DNA of 56,919 nucleotides, counting the filler, from Dirinaria sp. TL-2023a (lineage: Eukaryota): the NCBI GenBank assembly GCA_051941275.1. It is 2 parts of 2 records of this genome, joined end to end, with 100 filler letters (N's around TTAATTAATTAA, not from the genome) between each part and the next. Parts side by side here need not be neighbours in the genome. Positions count along the whole stretch, not along the records: positions 28,569 to 56,919 come from JAVEBF010000126.1; 1 more part is not named here. The stretch is one strand, 5' to 3'. Positions 36,626 through 48,860 of the stretch are shown in pieces. The notes under the pieces were generated by a model that ran no database searches, was not told where the DNA came from, and worked only from the letters and a program-made list of their open reading frames with translations. Made by a program: the position numbers and the translations under genes. The stretch's first letter is position 1; each line of letters starts with the position of its first letter.

Positions 36626-39242
36626 ATGAATATCAATCTTAGCCAGATGTCTACGAGGACGGCAGGATCCAAGAGAGTTCTCGGCTTCTTGAATTGTGTC
36701 CATCGTTTGGAGCCTCTTTACAAACCTTCACCAATTTCGCCTCGGTATCCGCCATTCAGAGCTTTTTCCAATTCGACTGGAAGTAGGCTTCGCTCCAATC
36801 ACCTCCGTATCAATGGGGAAAGGCTTATGAATGATATTCATCATAATTGCCAATGGGGCCAAGGGAAGAGATGGGGAGAGTACGTTGAGAAGTCTGCTTC
36901 CAAAGCTTCCTACTTACTATCATTGTCCAAATTTTCAAGTCGCTCTGCGCAAGCTTCGACTGAGGAGAGAACGCATCTCAAAGCTGTTCCTCCCTCGATT
37001 GCATCGTATCGAGAAACTACCGCTGTTTTCTGCTATACTTAATATATTTAGCGATTTTCTTGAAGTACAGATTTATGCACAAATCTGCTTCACTAACGAT
37101 CCTCGTTAAGCCCGTTCTTTAGCACATTGCCGTGTCATGCAAGTGGTGTGCGATTCTGACGAATATGCAGAGGTCGCAACGAGACAGGCATGTCTCGCCT
37201 TGCTCTATCTGATGAGGACAAACAAGCTCGCGATTGGTTTGTCGGTACGACCCAGTCTCTAGGTTGTAAAGTGGATGTAGATGCTATGGGTAATATTTAT
37301 GCCACACGTCCGGGCAAGAAGCCTGGCCCACCGACATGTGCAGGTTCCCATCTAGACACACAACCAACTGGTGGCCGTTATGTAGGCTTTTTTATTCTCT
37401 TTTTTTTTTGTTTTTTTTTTTTTTGTTTTTTTTGGCGCAGTCACTCGAAAGGACGAATATGGAATTTTTAACGTCTCGTAGGATGGCATCCTCGGTGTGT
37501 GCGCAGGTATCGAGATGCTCAGAGTCCTCCATGAACATAAAGTTGAGACGCACTTTCCGATCGGGGTCATCAACTGGACAAAGTAGGGGAACCCTTCCTG
37601 ATGCCCCGGATTTGTTAGGTGGGCGAATAACAGCATGCTGAGCCCGTACTAGTGAAGAAGGTGCCAGGTTTCCTATAAGCATGGTGGCTTCCGGTGTATG
37701 GTATGACTTTTCTTAGCTGGCTTTGTTCTCAATGACCTCAATGTCGGATATGCGACTGAAGTAATTCAAGGGGCTATGGCTCCTCGAGCGGTCTTTGTGG
37801 TCAAATTCATATACCAATGAGGGAATGCTGACGTGAAATACATGGCTCAGGTCAGAGGGTATTCCCCTTCAACGCGCTCATGATCTACAAGAAATCGGTG
37901 CAGCAGGCCGGACGATGAAGCAAGAACTCGAAAGGATCGGATATCTAGGAACGACGGAAGCCAGCTATCGTGCTGTGCCACTGGCAGCACATTTAGAGCT
38001 CCACATTGAGCAAGGTCCACAACTAGAGTCGAGAAAACAAAAAATTGGAATCGTAGAAGGAGTATGTATCTTCGTTCCACGTCTGCTCCGAGCTTAAGGA
38101 ATCCTTTCAAAGACTAAGTGGTGACAAGGTTCAAGCCTACAGATGGCACTCCATTACCGTCCAAGGAAAAGATTGTCATACCGGGACCACTGATTTCTCC
38201 AACCGATCTGGTGAGTAACCTCTTTATCATTCTTTCCTAAAATAGTCGCAAAGAGCAGGGAGACTTGCCTACCAAGTTAGCCTCTTCAAGAAGCGTTTCG
38301 CAAAATCAACAAATGCCCAAAGGGTTTTCAGCAACGTAGATAGCAGGGTACTCTGCAGATAATTTTGAAGGGTTTTTGCGGTTAGACGCCTTTATGATGG
38401 GCTGAATTTAGGTGGAATGATCAGTGCTCGCTTTGCGTCAAGATGTCAAGTCGCTGTAGTTTGATTTTCGTCTAGAGGGGGAGGTTGAGAACGAACTAGG
38501 TTGGCGCTTCAGAGAAATTTTGCACTCTGGCATTATACCTTATCCATCGGGCTCAGAATGGTAGTACTAATTCCATGAACATGAAGACGCCCTACTCACA
38601 GCAGCCAAACTGATTCTGCATTCGCATCGTCTGGCGACGGTATACGGCGGTTGTCTTGCAAGTACCGGTGTCTTAGAACTCAAGCCAGGCAGTCCCAACA
38701 CGGTCCCCGGCTACGTCAAGTTCAGTCTTGATATAAGATCAGAGGAGGACAAGCGACTACTGCAGTTCGAGGAGCAACTGAAAGTGGACTTTGAGAAGAT
38801 CAGCCAAGGGGCGGATTTAGGAGGTCTGAATGCTGGAATCGTTCGAGGAAATGGGTGCAAGGTAGATTGGACGTTGGATTCGCCGAGTAAAGCAGTCAGA
38901 TTCAATGAAGAGTGCATCCAGTGTGTGGTTGACAGCGCTGGAGAGCTCTTCGGCGAAGACGCAGCACAACTGACACAGAAGATGATTTCTGGAGCAGGTA
39001 ATTGTGTCCACCATCGATGTCCTAAGATATTTTTACTGCTTTGCTAATCTGCCCGCGTAGGACACGACTCCGTTTTTACGAGTCAACGTTGTCCTACATC
39101 AATGATTTTCGTGCCATGCCGGGAGGGAATTTCTCATAATCCAGCCGAGTATTGTGCCCCATCAGATTGTGCGAATGGAGCGCAGGTGCTCATGGGTGCA
39201 GTGCTGAGATACGATGGGCTTCGTGCAGCGAGAAACTGGTAG
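36626..39242 (+). CDS. M20-family N-carbamoyl-amino-acid amidohydrolase (beta-alanine synthase/beta-ureidopropionase-like), 8 exons, possible mitochondrial presequence
   Basis: GMSRLALSDEDK, GSHLDTQPTGGRY|DGILGV, NWTN|EEGARFP, ELHIEQGP, HTGTT, SGAG|HDSV, GISHNPAE. Introns 36880-37170, 37382-37481, 37583-37652, 37701-37850, 38062-38128, 38211-38586, 38998-39060. Confidence 0.9.
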
Positions 39243-39450
39243 TAAAGCTTTGTCACATTTGAACCATGTGTGCAGCGCTTTGCCAGTACCTTTCCATAAT
39301 GTCACAGAGCAATCTCAAAATAAAAGATGTTATCAAGTCCATGTGACTGTGTCGTCTACCTTGTGGTGCTACGCGCTTTTTTTCTCGATATTCGCCGACA
39401 CCATTCGCGCAAGTGTGTTGCGGTCCAGCTTGCCAGCCACCTTGAAACTT

Positions 39451-40106
39451 CTAGGAAGGAGGAGCGCCACGGCCGCGTCCGAAACCCCCACGGAAGTTGG
39501 GAGCGAAGTCGCCTGGTGCACCTCCCTCTTTTCCTTCACCTGCGTCTCTCCTCCTATACCCGCCTTCACGATCTCCGCGATCGCCTCTGGGTCCGCCACG
39601 ACCACCAGGGCGACGATCATCACCTCCCATCATACCCTTGGGCGGTGCATGCGAACGTTGCTGCTTAATGTGTGTAGCCGGTACGATCTCAGTGGGCAGA
39701 TGAAGCCATTCCCGAAGGTAATCGAGGCCTTCAGGCGTGAGGGTGTAGTAGTACCACTGCCAGGAGAACTGAGTCTTGAGATAGTTGCGCGAGGTCAAGG
39801 ACTGGCACGCTTTGATTACCTGCCGTGGGATCAGTTTTTCAGGTGAGAAGGATTCAGGTCGACAAGCGCACATAGAGGTTCTTGGTGTCGATTTCTTGGT
39901 GCTTCGGAAGATTGAAATCTTTCTTTGCCACGAGCACGCCCTCTATAACATCGTGTTAACCTTTGCCGCATCCAATCACTCGGACGCAGTGCATGAACAT
40001 ACCACGGAAGAGGTACTCGTGGATCTTCTTACGATCCGCCTACAGTTCTATCAGCGTCAATGTGCTCGATGACAATACACGAGCCCATTACCTTTGGAAT
40101 AAGCAT
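39451..40106 (-). CDS. RPS10: 40S ribosomal protein S10 (eS10), 4 exons
   Basis: MLIPK|ADRKKIHEYLFR|EGVLVAKKDFN...NLY|VIKACQSLTSR...TQFSWQWYYYTLTPEG, RGG tail. Introns 40040-40091, 39943-40002, 39820-39871. Confidence 0.97.
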
Positions 40107-40244
40107 GACTGCGAGTTCCTGTTGCTCTTCGGGGAATCGCTTCTGTCGATGCTGGGACGCTTGATTCGGGTTTAATTATTGTGACGGAACAAGAGTCTGT
40201 GGCCTTCAACAGACGCTAGAATCTCGGGTAATCTTGGCATTGAT

Positions 40245-40306
40245 CTAGGTAGCTTAGGTAAGGTGAGTCGTAAGGTAGTACCTTAGTAAGGTAAGGTACT
40301 CCGTAC
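40245..40306. promoter_or_regulatory. AGGTA/TACCT cluster in the RPS10-SDE2 bidirectional promoter
   Basis: Multiple TAAGGT(A) copies and palindrome TACCTTA-G-TAAGGTA at 40279-40293. Confidence 0.5.
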
Positions 40307-40513
40307 TCTAGCTTCATCCGTCGTACTACCTCGGAAATCGGCAAGTGAAGATCTTCGGCTTTGAACATATTTGTACTTCGACATTAAAGATCAGAAACCT
40401 CAATCTGTGCTAGTGCAAAATCTTACCAAAGGCTCGATGATACCTGGGCTTAGAAGAATTTATTCTCAATTCCTGTTCGCCCTTCCAAATATTTGATCAA
40501 AATCGGGACGAAG

Positions 40514-41467
40514 ATGGTCTCCCACCCAGTCAACGTGCTCTTGACCTCGTTTCCAGGCCTTGGCCTCCCTCCTACTCTATCACTCCCTACCACCACCACA
40601 GCAACAGTCTCCGATCTTATCAAACAGCTTAATGACCGTCTTCCAATAACTAGCTGCCGGCTTATCCTCACGACAAATGCCAGCCGAACGTTGCAACCTT
40701 CATCGCCCGCACTTATATGCTCTCTACTATCGCATCCCCATGATAGCATTTTACCACTGCGTCTTGCAGTTCCCCTCTGCGGTGGCAAGGGAGGCTTCGG
40801 CTCGCAACTCCGCGCCGCTGGCGGGCGCATGTCCTCCCGTCGGAAGAAGAATGCCGGCGAGAACAATAGTTCGAATCGCAATCTGGATGGGCGGCGCTTG
40901 CGCACCGTCAACGAAGCGAAAGCGCTGGCGGAATATCTGGCGCTGAAGCCGGAGATGGAGAAGAAAGAGAAGGATGCACGGAGGAGAAGGTGGGAGCAGG
41001 TTGTAGAACTGGCTGAGAGAAGAGAGGAAGAGATCAGAGGTGGAAACAAGGGGAAGGTTGATGGACAATGGGTCGAGGCTAAGGAGGAAGCCGGAGAGAG
41101 GGCCAGGGAGGCAGTCCAACTGGCGATGGGGGCAGGAGCCTGCTATGACAACCTTGGTGCAGGCCGTCACGAGATTCCGGATCCTAACGTTGATTCTGAC
41201 GGCCATGACAGTGAGAATGCAATCACGAAGAACAAAGTGAACGCAGTGTATGCAAACAAGAGTCCTCGAATTTCGGCCCAGCCTACACCATCGCGGACAT
41301 ATTTCGGGTTTGATGATGATGATGATGATGATGACGACGATGATGAGCAACTATTGAGCGACGAAAGCTCGGTCAATGAAGAACAAGCGGAATGCATAAT
41401 AGAGACTGCCATGGACTTCAATCAGGATTACCCCACAATGACAGGAAAAGGCAAAGCTAGGTTATAG
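40514..41467 (+). CDS. SDE2: Sde2 ubiquitin-fold precursor (splicing/silencing factor), intronless
   Basis: UBL N-terminus ending LCGG|KGGFGSQLRAAGG (cleavage site at 40786/40787), RNLDGRRLRTVNEAKALAEYL; (GAT)n poly-Asp tract near 41312-41344. Confidence 0.92.
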   Translation: MVSHPVNVLLTSFPGLGLPPTLSLPTTTTATVSDLIKQLNDRLPITSCRLILTTNASRTLQPSSPALICSLLSHPHDSILPLRLAVPLCGGKGGFGSQLRAAGGRMSSRRKKNAGENNSSNRNLDGRRLRTVNEAKALAEYLALKPEMEKKEKDARRRRWEQVVELAERREEEIRGGNKGKVDGQWVEAKEEAGERAREAVQLAMGAGACYDNLGAGRHEIPDPNVDSDGHDSENAITKNKVNAVYANKSPRISAQPTPSRTYFGFDDDDDDDDDDDEQLLSDESSVNEEQAECIIETAMDFNQDYPTMTGKGKARL

Positions 41468-41797
41468 GCTTCTGTGCACGTGGATCCTGCGATTTTAGCA
41501 GAGGCATTGACATAGCTGGAGCGATTATGATGCTGTACAATCTCTATGGGGTATACCTAGAGACTCTTGCACGTCCGTATAGATTGGTTCATTTCTATGA
41601 GCTTCTGTCTCTTGCTGAGCCGCAGCATTCGAGCAGTGAATTACAGCCCAGCTCCCCTAATCAGACAAGAGAAACAAGTTCATGGCAAAGTCTTTCTGCC
41701 GCCCATCCACTTGACGCCAGCCACTTAACCGTGAAAATGAGACGCGCTACTGCATTCGCCCATAACGCCTTGCTCATCATCACACCTCCTACTCACG

Positions 41798-44700
41798 TTA
41801 CTTCATTCCAAACCCCTCGCTTTCTGCAACAGCGGTCCACAATTTTTGGTCGAGTTGTTGCTGCATCCTGTATCTATATAATCCGAGGCGATTGAAGCAA
41901 GTTCGGGCAGTTGGAAATCTGTGAACATCATCGCCGAGACACGCAATCCTGATGACCAAATTGGCTGGACCCATGGCCGGGATCCGATCGCTGGCGGTGA
42001 TAAAGCTCAATAGCCTTCTCTGTTTCCTCGGATCTGCACTCTTGAACGTTTCCCAGAACCACTGGACCACTGGCTCGTCGGATGAGGCTGTCGCCGTTCC
42101 CCAACCTTCGTAAGTGGCTACGGCTTGTAGAGTGGCTACGTCCAGCGGCTCATCAGAACCACGCACCAGCAGCTCGATCTCTTCCGGCCGGAACAGAGAA
42201 AGCGCATTACCTCCACAGACTGTGAAGAAGCCGCGCTTAAAGGGCTCAAATTGACGAGCGACAGCCACGTCGAGAAGGTAGCGCACATACAGATCAACGA
42301 ATTCGTGGCGATTGGTATTAGTGACTGGCCGACTCTCGCCATTCGGACACAGTGGGACTTGTACTTTTTGACCATACCGATCAACCTCCGCTAGGAAATC
42401 CCTACAAAACGTCGATTCAACATCTCCATCAAACTCCAGTAGCTGCTGCAATCCTTTCGCGAGCGAAGGTCGGAACTCCGCAAGGTCATCGAGACTATAG
42501 GTTGCCACTGGCCGGACGTTCGACGTGGAGGGCCCCGTATAAGCTGGTGCACAAGCAAGCAGTTTTCGAAAGGCAAACGGGGGAAGTGCGACGTCTAATA
42601 TCGTCGAATTGTAAAGAGCGAGACCGAGTACAACACCCACGAGGAAAAACTGATCTGATGTTTCGAAGCAACTAGGGTTGAAATAGCAGTAATGAGAGTC
42701 TTCGTCGTAAACGAAGAGTCCTACAAAGCTCTCGTTAGTCCATACCGTACGACACATTAGACAATGCCCTACCGTGCTCGGGATCGAAGACCTCTCTGAC
42801 CAGAAGCAAGAACCATTCTTTGCGTAGTCTACAATATCATCATCAGCCGGCGAGCGCTACACCTAGCATAGATCGAAAGTACCCTCCAGCATCAATACCC
42901 TCCTCATGCAGAAATTCGATGCGCAGACCCTTCTTGATTTCCTCTTGACCAGCCCCAACAACCTCACTAACCCCTCGGAGACTGTCTTCGATAAGACAGT
43001 CTCTACGGACCTTGAGCACGAGGAATTGGCTGACGGCCTTGCGGTTCATGATACTGTCGAAAAACGCCTCTCGAGCTTTGATTTCCATCTGACGGCGAGC
43101 ATCATGTTCCATGATACGAATCTTCGCCCAGATTGATAAGAACATGGGGTACTGGCAGAAGGAGAATTTAGCTTTCCTCGATTCCCAGGCCTCAAAATCC
43201 GCTATTAGGTCGGAATAATCCAATAGCGTGTTGTAGAAAGCACTGGTTGGTAGCTTTTGGCCATATTTGTTCGCACGGTGATGCGCAGCGGACACAGTCG
43301 GTGTCAAATCCTCTTGCAGGTCAGGAGGATCGGCTGTATGGGGTCGACGATTGGTAACACTGTTATTAGCGGTAAAGAGTAGCGACATTATTCTCGCAGC
43401 GGCTTTAATCTGCCAATCTTCACCATAAAGAACCGAAGCCGCTTTTTCTTCGGGGGGTTTCTTCGAACCGGTAATACCTAAAGCGGCATGTAGCTGTGCT
43501 GAGCTTCCCATATCGGTATCAGACAAACTGGGCACAAGTCCGCTGTTTGGACTATGGCTGTGACTACGCTTCCTGCCCTGTTGCCGAGAGAGTCGATACG
43601 TTACAAAGCTACCAATGAGTTCTACGAGCTTGCGAAGATGACTCTCAGAAAGGCGAGAAAACCAAGCAACGAGGTGGTGATGGCAATCGCTTGGCAGATT
43701 TGCTAGCAGACCTAACAGACGCTTTGTAATTGCGGAATGGTTTATGGTACTGTTGCCCTTCGTTTTCGTGCTCGTAGCTTGTGAGATTGCAGTTGCCGGA
43801 CGCACAGATGCTTCAGGAGGCCTAAGACGTGCAGAGCCACGGTCCGGCTTAGGTGAAAGTTGCACTTCCGGGTGGCTTGTCCACACCGGATGATCTGGAT
43901 CTGGAGGGTAGAGCAAAGGATTGGTTAGTAGAATGAGGAGAAAGCGGCAATCTGCTGGGGCTTTCACTGGACGTCCGGGCCGCCTGAGGAGGTTTTCGGA
44001 AGCTTTGAGTAAAGTTCTCTGTAAATGCAGAGATGCCTCTTTGAAGTCTTCCTCTATACGTCGTTGTTGCCCTGGATCGCCGTATTCGTGCAGCATGGAG
44101 ATTTCTTCTTTGCTCTTCCTCGCACGAGCGGCCGAGACCTGTCTCCATGACTGACCGGCGGTCAAAATTAGGTAGTACCATTCATGTAGCTCTTTCCAAT
44201 TGATACGCGGCGGTTTAGTACCAACTCGATCTCCTCTGGTACGCTCTGGCGAGTTCGTGAAACCCTTGTGGGATGGGGTACGCTCCGTTCTAGCTCCACC
44301 AGTCCACCACATACCGTTCTCTGCAAAGTCTCCCAGAAGCAACGTTTTTGCGTCTAATGGCGAGAGGGCTATTTCCTTCTCATGTATGACAGCAGAGGTG
44401 GGGCTGGTGGTAACAGGTACTATAACACCATCGCTTTTAGCGCGGAATGGGGGTGGTGGCAAATTTAAAAGGAAGGATCCGTTGAGACATTCGATCCCGT
44501 TGAAACAGGCAATTATGTAATTTTCCAGCGAACGGAAGATGGCCTTGGAAGAGTCAGACCTAGAGCGAGCTGCACTCTTTGTACTTGGGTCAGCTGGAAC
44601 CCCGCAGATGGTTGCGGGTGGTAACGGAGGTGCTCTAAAGGGTGATTGAGATGGTGACGCCAAAACTTCTTGAGGCGAAGCCTGGCCAAGTTGCAGAGCA

Positions 44701-45646
44701 TCTCGCACGGGCGAGTATGGGGACGACCTGGTGGATTGGTAGATAGGGGTCCTTCGGCCGGACATGGCCGCATCATCCGTGGCTTCTGAATGAGTGCTCA
44801 ATCCTTTCTCCGGAATCCTCAACTGCTGGTCATCTTTAGAACCGCATTCGCTTTGTTCGACGGCAGGTGGCTGGTCGCTCGCATCCATTCCCTTTGCAGA
44901 AGATGGACATTCCTTGGCCAGGTGCTGACGGCCTGAGCTATCGAAGCACGAAATCAAGTGACTTGAGATGCATTGGTCGATCAATGCTCTTGTTCTTTGC
45001 AAGGACACATACGGGACTGCTTCTCTTTAGTCTAGCTACAACTGTGTAGGATACAAACTGCTCGACCTTTACTCGCCTGCGCTTGGATAGATCCATGTCT
45101 AGTGTAAATTTCGTCGACTGAAGCGTCTTCCGAAGGGGCTCCGGGTACATGGAGCTTCAAGTCATTGACCATGAGACAGACTGTGCACCGGAACACGTCC
45201 AGATCCTTGGGCCAGCGAACCTGAGAATCGCACGTGGCACATCTTCCCGAAATTAGATCGTTGTCGTCAATGTTCCCACCGCTTGGACGGCCCATTCCCG
45301 GATGGTCATCTATGTACGAACCTGGAGACCCGGTAGGCAAAGTCTTCGCGTCAATCACGTTGACTTCGTCCTCTCCTCTCGGCAGTTTCTTCTTGCCACT
45401 TCCAAAAATTGAAGGGAACGGGTGGCTGATGGATCGGCCATGCTGCGAGGCCCTACGGTGAACTGGGTTGATTTGTGAGTCACCTGTTGCCCGTAATGGT
45501 GGGCTTCTTGAAGGAGTTGCAGGCTGCGCTACTCCTCGCTGACGATTGTTTTGGAGTGGGTTGTCATTTGATGGCTGCGGCTGGTTGGAAGCTGGATTGT
45601 TGGTATTAGAGGATCCTAGAAACAAGCGTGTAGGCCAAGAAGGCAT
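41798..45646 (-). CDS. HUL4: HECT-domain E3 ubiquitin ligase (Hul4/Mug30-like), 4 exons
   Basis: N-terminal CATC...CTVC, FSFCQYPMFLS, LKVRRDCLIEDSL, EEGIDAGG|LRKEWF, catalytic PTARTCFNRL, EGFGMK*. Introns 45017-45066 (least certain), 42829-42882, 42721-42772. Confidence 0.9.
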
Positions 45647-46465
45647 TGGTTTAATCCCGAATGGCCTCGATTTGGATCCCCGAATATCGTAGCTTCAACA
45701 TCAATCTCGTCGAGCGCCGCCGGTGCAGCTTGAGTTACGGTATGCCTACAAACCGTCCAGGTCACAACCTGGCCCGTGTCGCAAAGAGAAAGCGCAGTCA
45801 ATGGGTTGAAAAATGAAGAGCATTCGTATGCGTTGGTTCGGAGATCCAGCCGAAGCATGTCTACTATGTTGGAGAAAAGGATGGGCATAGCCATGATGAA
45901 TTAGGAAGGATAGAACGACTTCTTGGATACGAGGCTAAGCGAAGCCCCTTATGCCATTGCCAATCGTGCTTCTCTCCTCTCCACTAGGGACCTGATCATC
46001 ATGGAATCCTATGAAATTTGAGTATTAATATTTCATCTATCTCCATCAGAAAAGCTATCTACTTCATTCTCTCATTCTTGTACAGCTCAAGTGATGTGCG
46101 CGATCATACTGAGAGTTTTTCATCCATCGAGCGGGCACCGTACCGGGCACAGTGCCACCAGAACCTACTCTAGCTCGTCTAGCTTCGTACCTCGCGTGTT
46201 TGACACTTTCCGGTTGTCCTCTCCAAATCAAAATATCTGATACTTTACGAGCTACCTCGCCGAGTAGGCGAACGGTGGTTCCTCGACCACGTTCAGTAAG
46301 ACTTGGACAGATGGAAAGGGTCAAGCTATTTGGACATATCTTGGTTTTGACATTTTATTAGGCTATTGCTAAGTACACCTTCCTAGCAGCCCTCCCCTTG
46401 CTTCGATATCAAGATGCACCTACAACCTGCTGGTAGTGACCGACTGCTTCAGAGCTGGAGCGACA

Positions 46466-47291
46466 TCATCTGTATCTCCAGTATGACTCGGTATTGTGGC
46501 GCTTCCATGTCTTTCTCCGTCCCGCAGTAGTTTTATTGAAACGATGACCTTTGCCGAGACCCCGGGACTTCTTGCCGGTCGCGGTGAGACCTCGTGATTC
46601 ACGGTGCTGTAATCATAATCAGCGAAGTTCCGATATCGCTGGTCCGCTAGGACACGTACTTTATGCACTGGTTTAACGATCCAATTTATACGAGCATCGC
46701 GACGTATGGCCTTGTGCTGCGGATCCACCAAGATGACTTCGAAATACTTGTAGGTAGAATCCTGGTTAATCCAGTAAGAGTTCAATACACGGAGGTTGGC
46801 ACAACGGCGGCCGACACGTTCTTCGGCGGTTGATTTGAGAGATCGCTGGTACTTCAATTGATTGACGCCCTGGTTAGTAGGTTTGCCTTGAGGCCGGGGA
46901 AGTCAGTCATCCTTCTACGAACGTGTCTTTGTTCCACAAACCATATGTAGCACCCTTGGGGACTGGGCGCTTTCGTCCTCCTCTACGCACACGAACGCGG
47001 TAGATGACATAGCCTTGCTTCGCTTTGTACCCCAAACGACGAGCCTTGTCCGGGCGAGAGGGGCGAGACGCTCGATGAATGACGTTTAATTGGCGAAGCT
47101 ATATTGATGCACTCTCAGCAAAGTTCAATGAGTGTATAGCAAGGCACATGGTGTGCCACAATCTCCTTTGCATTGGCATCTCTTCAACTTAGAAGCCAGC
47201 TTACCTCCCAGCATCTAACACGCAAGAGGAAGCGTAGAACGTCAGACTGCTTCTTTTTCTGAAGCTCCTCAACGTATTTTAAAGCCCCCAT
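46466..47291 (-). CDS. RPL15: 60S ribosomal protein L15 (eL15), 4 coding exons plus a 5'UTR intron
   Basis: [33 protein letters not shown]...ATYG|KPTNQG...[12 protein letters not shown]...WRYR*. Introns 47099-47204, 46887-46941, 46607-46659; UTR intron 47292-47382 ends directly before the ATG. Confidence 0.97.
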
Positions 47292-47547
47292 CTATAAACC
47301 ATCAGCCGATTACTAACATAGCGGAGCATTTGACTATGTTTGATTGCCATGCACAGACAGTAGCGATATTGCTGGTACATACTTTAGTTACTAGATTGCG
47401 TGTAGAACTGGTACAAGCTGACAGTGACGAGGAGGGTCCCCTCGGTCGAAAATATCATGGAAGATGTGTAGCGCATAACAAGCGAGCCACTTAAATGGGC
47501 AAAAGTCTTAGCGAGCCTTGGCAAGACATCAAGAATACGGTAGCTCT

Positions 47548-47688
47548 GTTACCTTAGGTGGATAGGTAGATACCTTAGGTCACTTAAGTATAATAGGTAC
47601 GGTTACCTTAAGGTATTACCTGCCTTACCCATCTACGATACTATATATGTAATTTGGTTGGTTGAGTATCTTACCATAGGTACCTTAT
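47548..47688. promoter_or_regulatory. Dense TACCTTA/AGGTA cluster upstream of RPL15
   Basis: TACCTTAGGT twice, palindrome TACCTTAAGGTA 47604-47615, TAGGTACCTTA. Confidence 0.5.
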
Positions 47689-47871
47689 TCAGCGTCTCGG
47701 AGGGTGGTACTTCCCCGTAGATTAGTATGGAAGCAAGACATCGCTTACAAAATTGCGAAAGTGACTACAACTCCGAATGCCTCGCCTCTGATGACCTCAG
47801 AGATGTATCTGAGAAGCTAACGCATTTACTACGTGACCAAGATTTACGCATAGGAGAAGGAGTAGAGACGC

Positions 47872-48860
47872 TCAATCTTCCTCATCTGGAAGATGCTTCA
47901 TCAAGCGCTTAATGCCCTTCTTTACTTCTTCTGCCGCTTCTCCCCAGTCCTTTGCCAATGGCATATCTTCAGCCGCCTTGCAGGACGGACTAGCAGTATG
48001 ATTGATTAGCAGAGCCCAATCCGTAGAGTCTTTTAAGGGAACAACTTCGTCAATACCCTTTTCGGATGTCTTCGTGGCTTCATCGAGCCTTAGCTTGACG
48101 TGTTTCTTTATCCTCTCGCCTTGATCAGTGATAAGTCTGGCTAAGTTTGTAGAACTCTCATTCCACTCTGGGCCGGTTTGACCACGGTTTTCAGTGGACG
48201 ACATCCGCTCGGTCAATTTCTGGTAGACTTGCAATAGTTGCTTTGCCGACGACATAAGGGATTCTGCCTTCCGAAAGACACAGAGCGGATTCGAAGCCGA
48301 TTCCGACCCGCCTAGTTCCACGTTTTCTATGTCATCGTCGTGCAGTGTGGCACGTAATGCAAAAACGAAAGCCTCCTCTAGTCTAGCATTTATGGCTTGC
48401 CTTACATCAATGAATCAGCTTACTGAAATTTTGGTCGGACCAAATGTCGTTAAACGTACATTCCCAAAATCTTTTCCTGGCAAAGCACTTGCGTTTTTGG
48501 CTGGCTATCCACAATCATTTTGTGGAAGTCGTGGATGAAATTGTTGTTCTTTGCAGCGGCTTTTTTGTTTTGGATGCTCCTCGTGGCTTCGATGAACCGT
48601 CTGCTCTCAGATTAGCAAAAGGCTAAGCAGCAAGTCCGTGGGATTCTGACTGGCTCTCCAGATGTCCCACGTCCTCCGCGGACGTGACCTCATTGTCCCA
48701 TCCAGCGGATTCAACAAGGTCCTTGCTTTTAGCCCTTATGGACTGCCGCTGCTTGACTTCCCCGCCTTCCACTACGAGACAAAATCAGCATATATCCACC
48801 GCCTTAGAAGATGTTGACGTCGATACCTTGGGTTCGGTGACGTTTGCTCGTCGGCGCCAT
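47872..48860 (-). CDS. Orphan helical protein, 274 aa, 4 exons
   Basis: ATG 48860; introns 48772-48826, 48601-48650 and 48401-48459 with GCTGAT/GCTAAT branch sites give an open 825-nt frame into ORF 47872-48321. Confidence 0.65.

Noticed and set aside
13872..39242. Adenine deaminase, Zn2Cys6 TF and amidohydrolase as a nucleobase-catabolism cluster
   Set aside because: Separated by unrelated housekeeping genes and by the artificial contig join.
45891..46004. ATGATGA...CTGA box C/D-like segment with a 9-bp inverted repeat CCATGATGA/TCATCATGG
   Set aside because: The inverted repeat overlaps the C box rather than flanking it, I recognised no rRNA guide, and there is no target-site duplication for a MITE.
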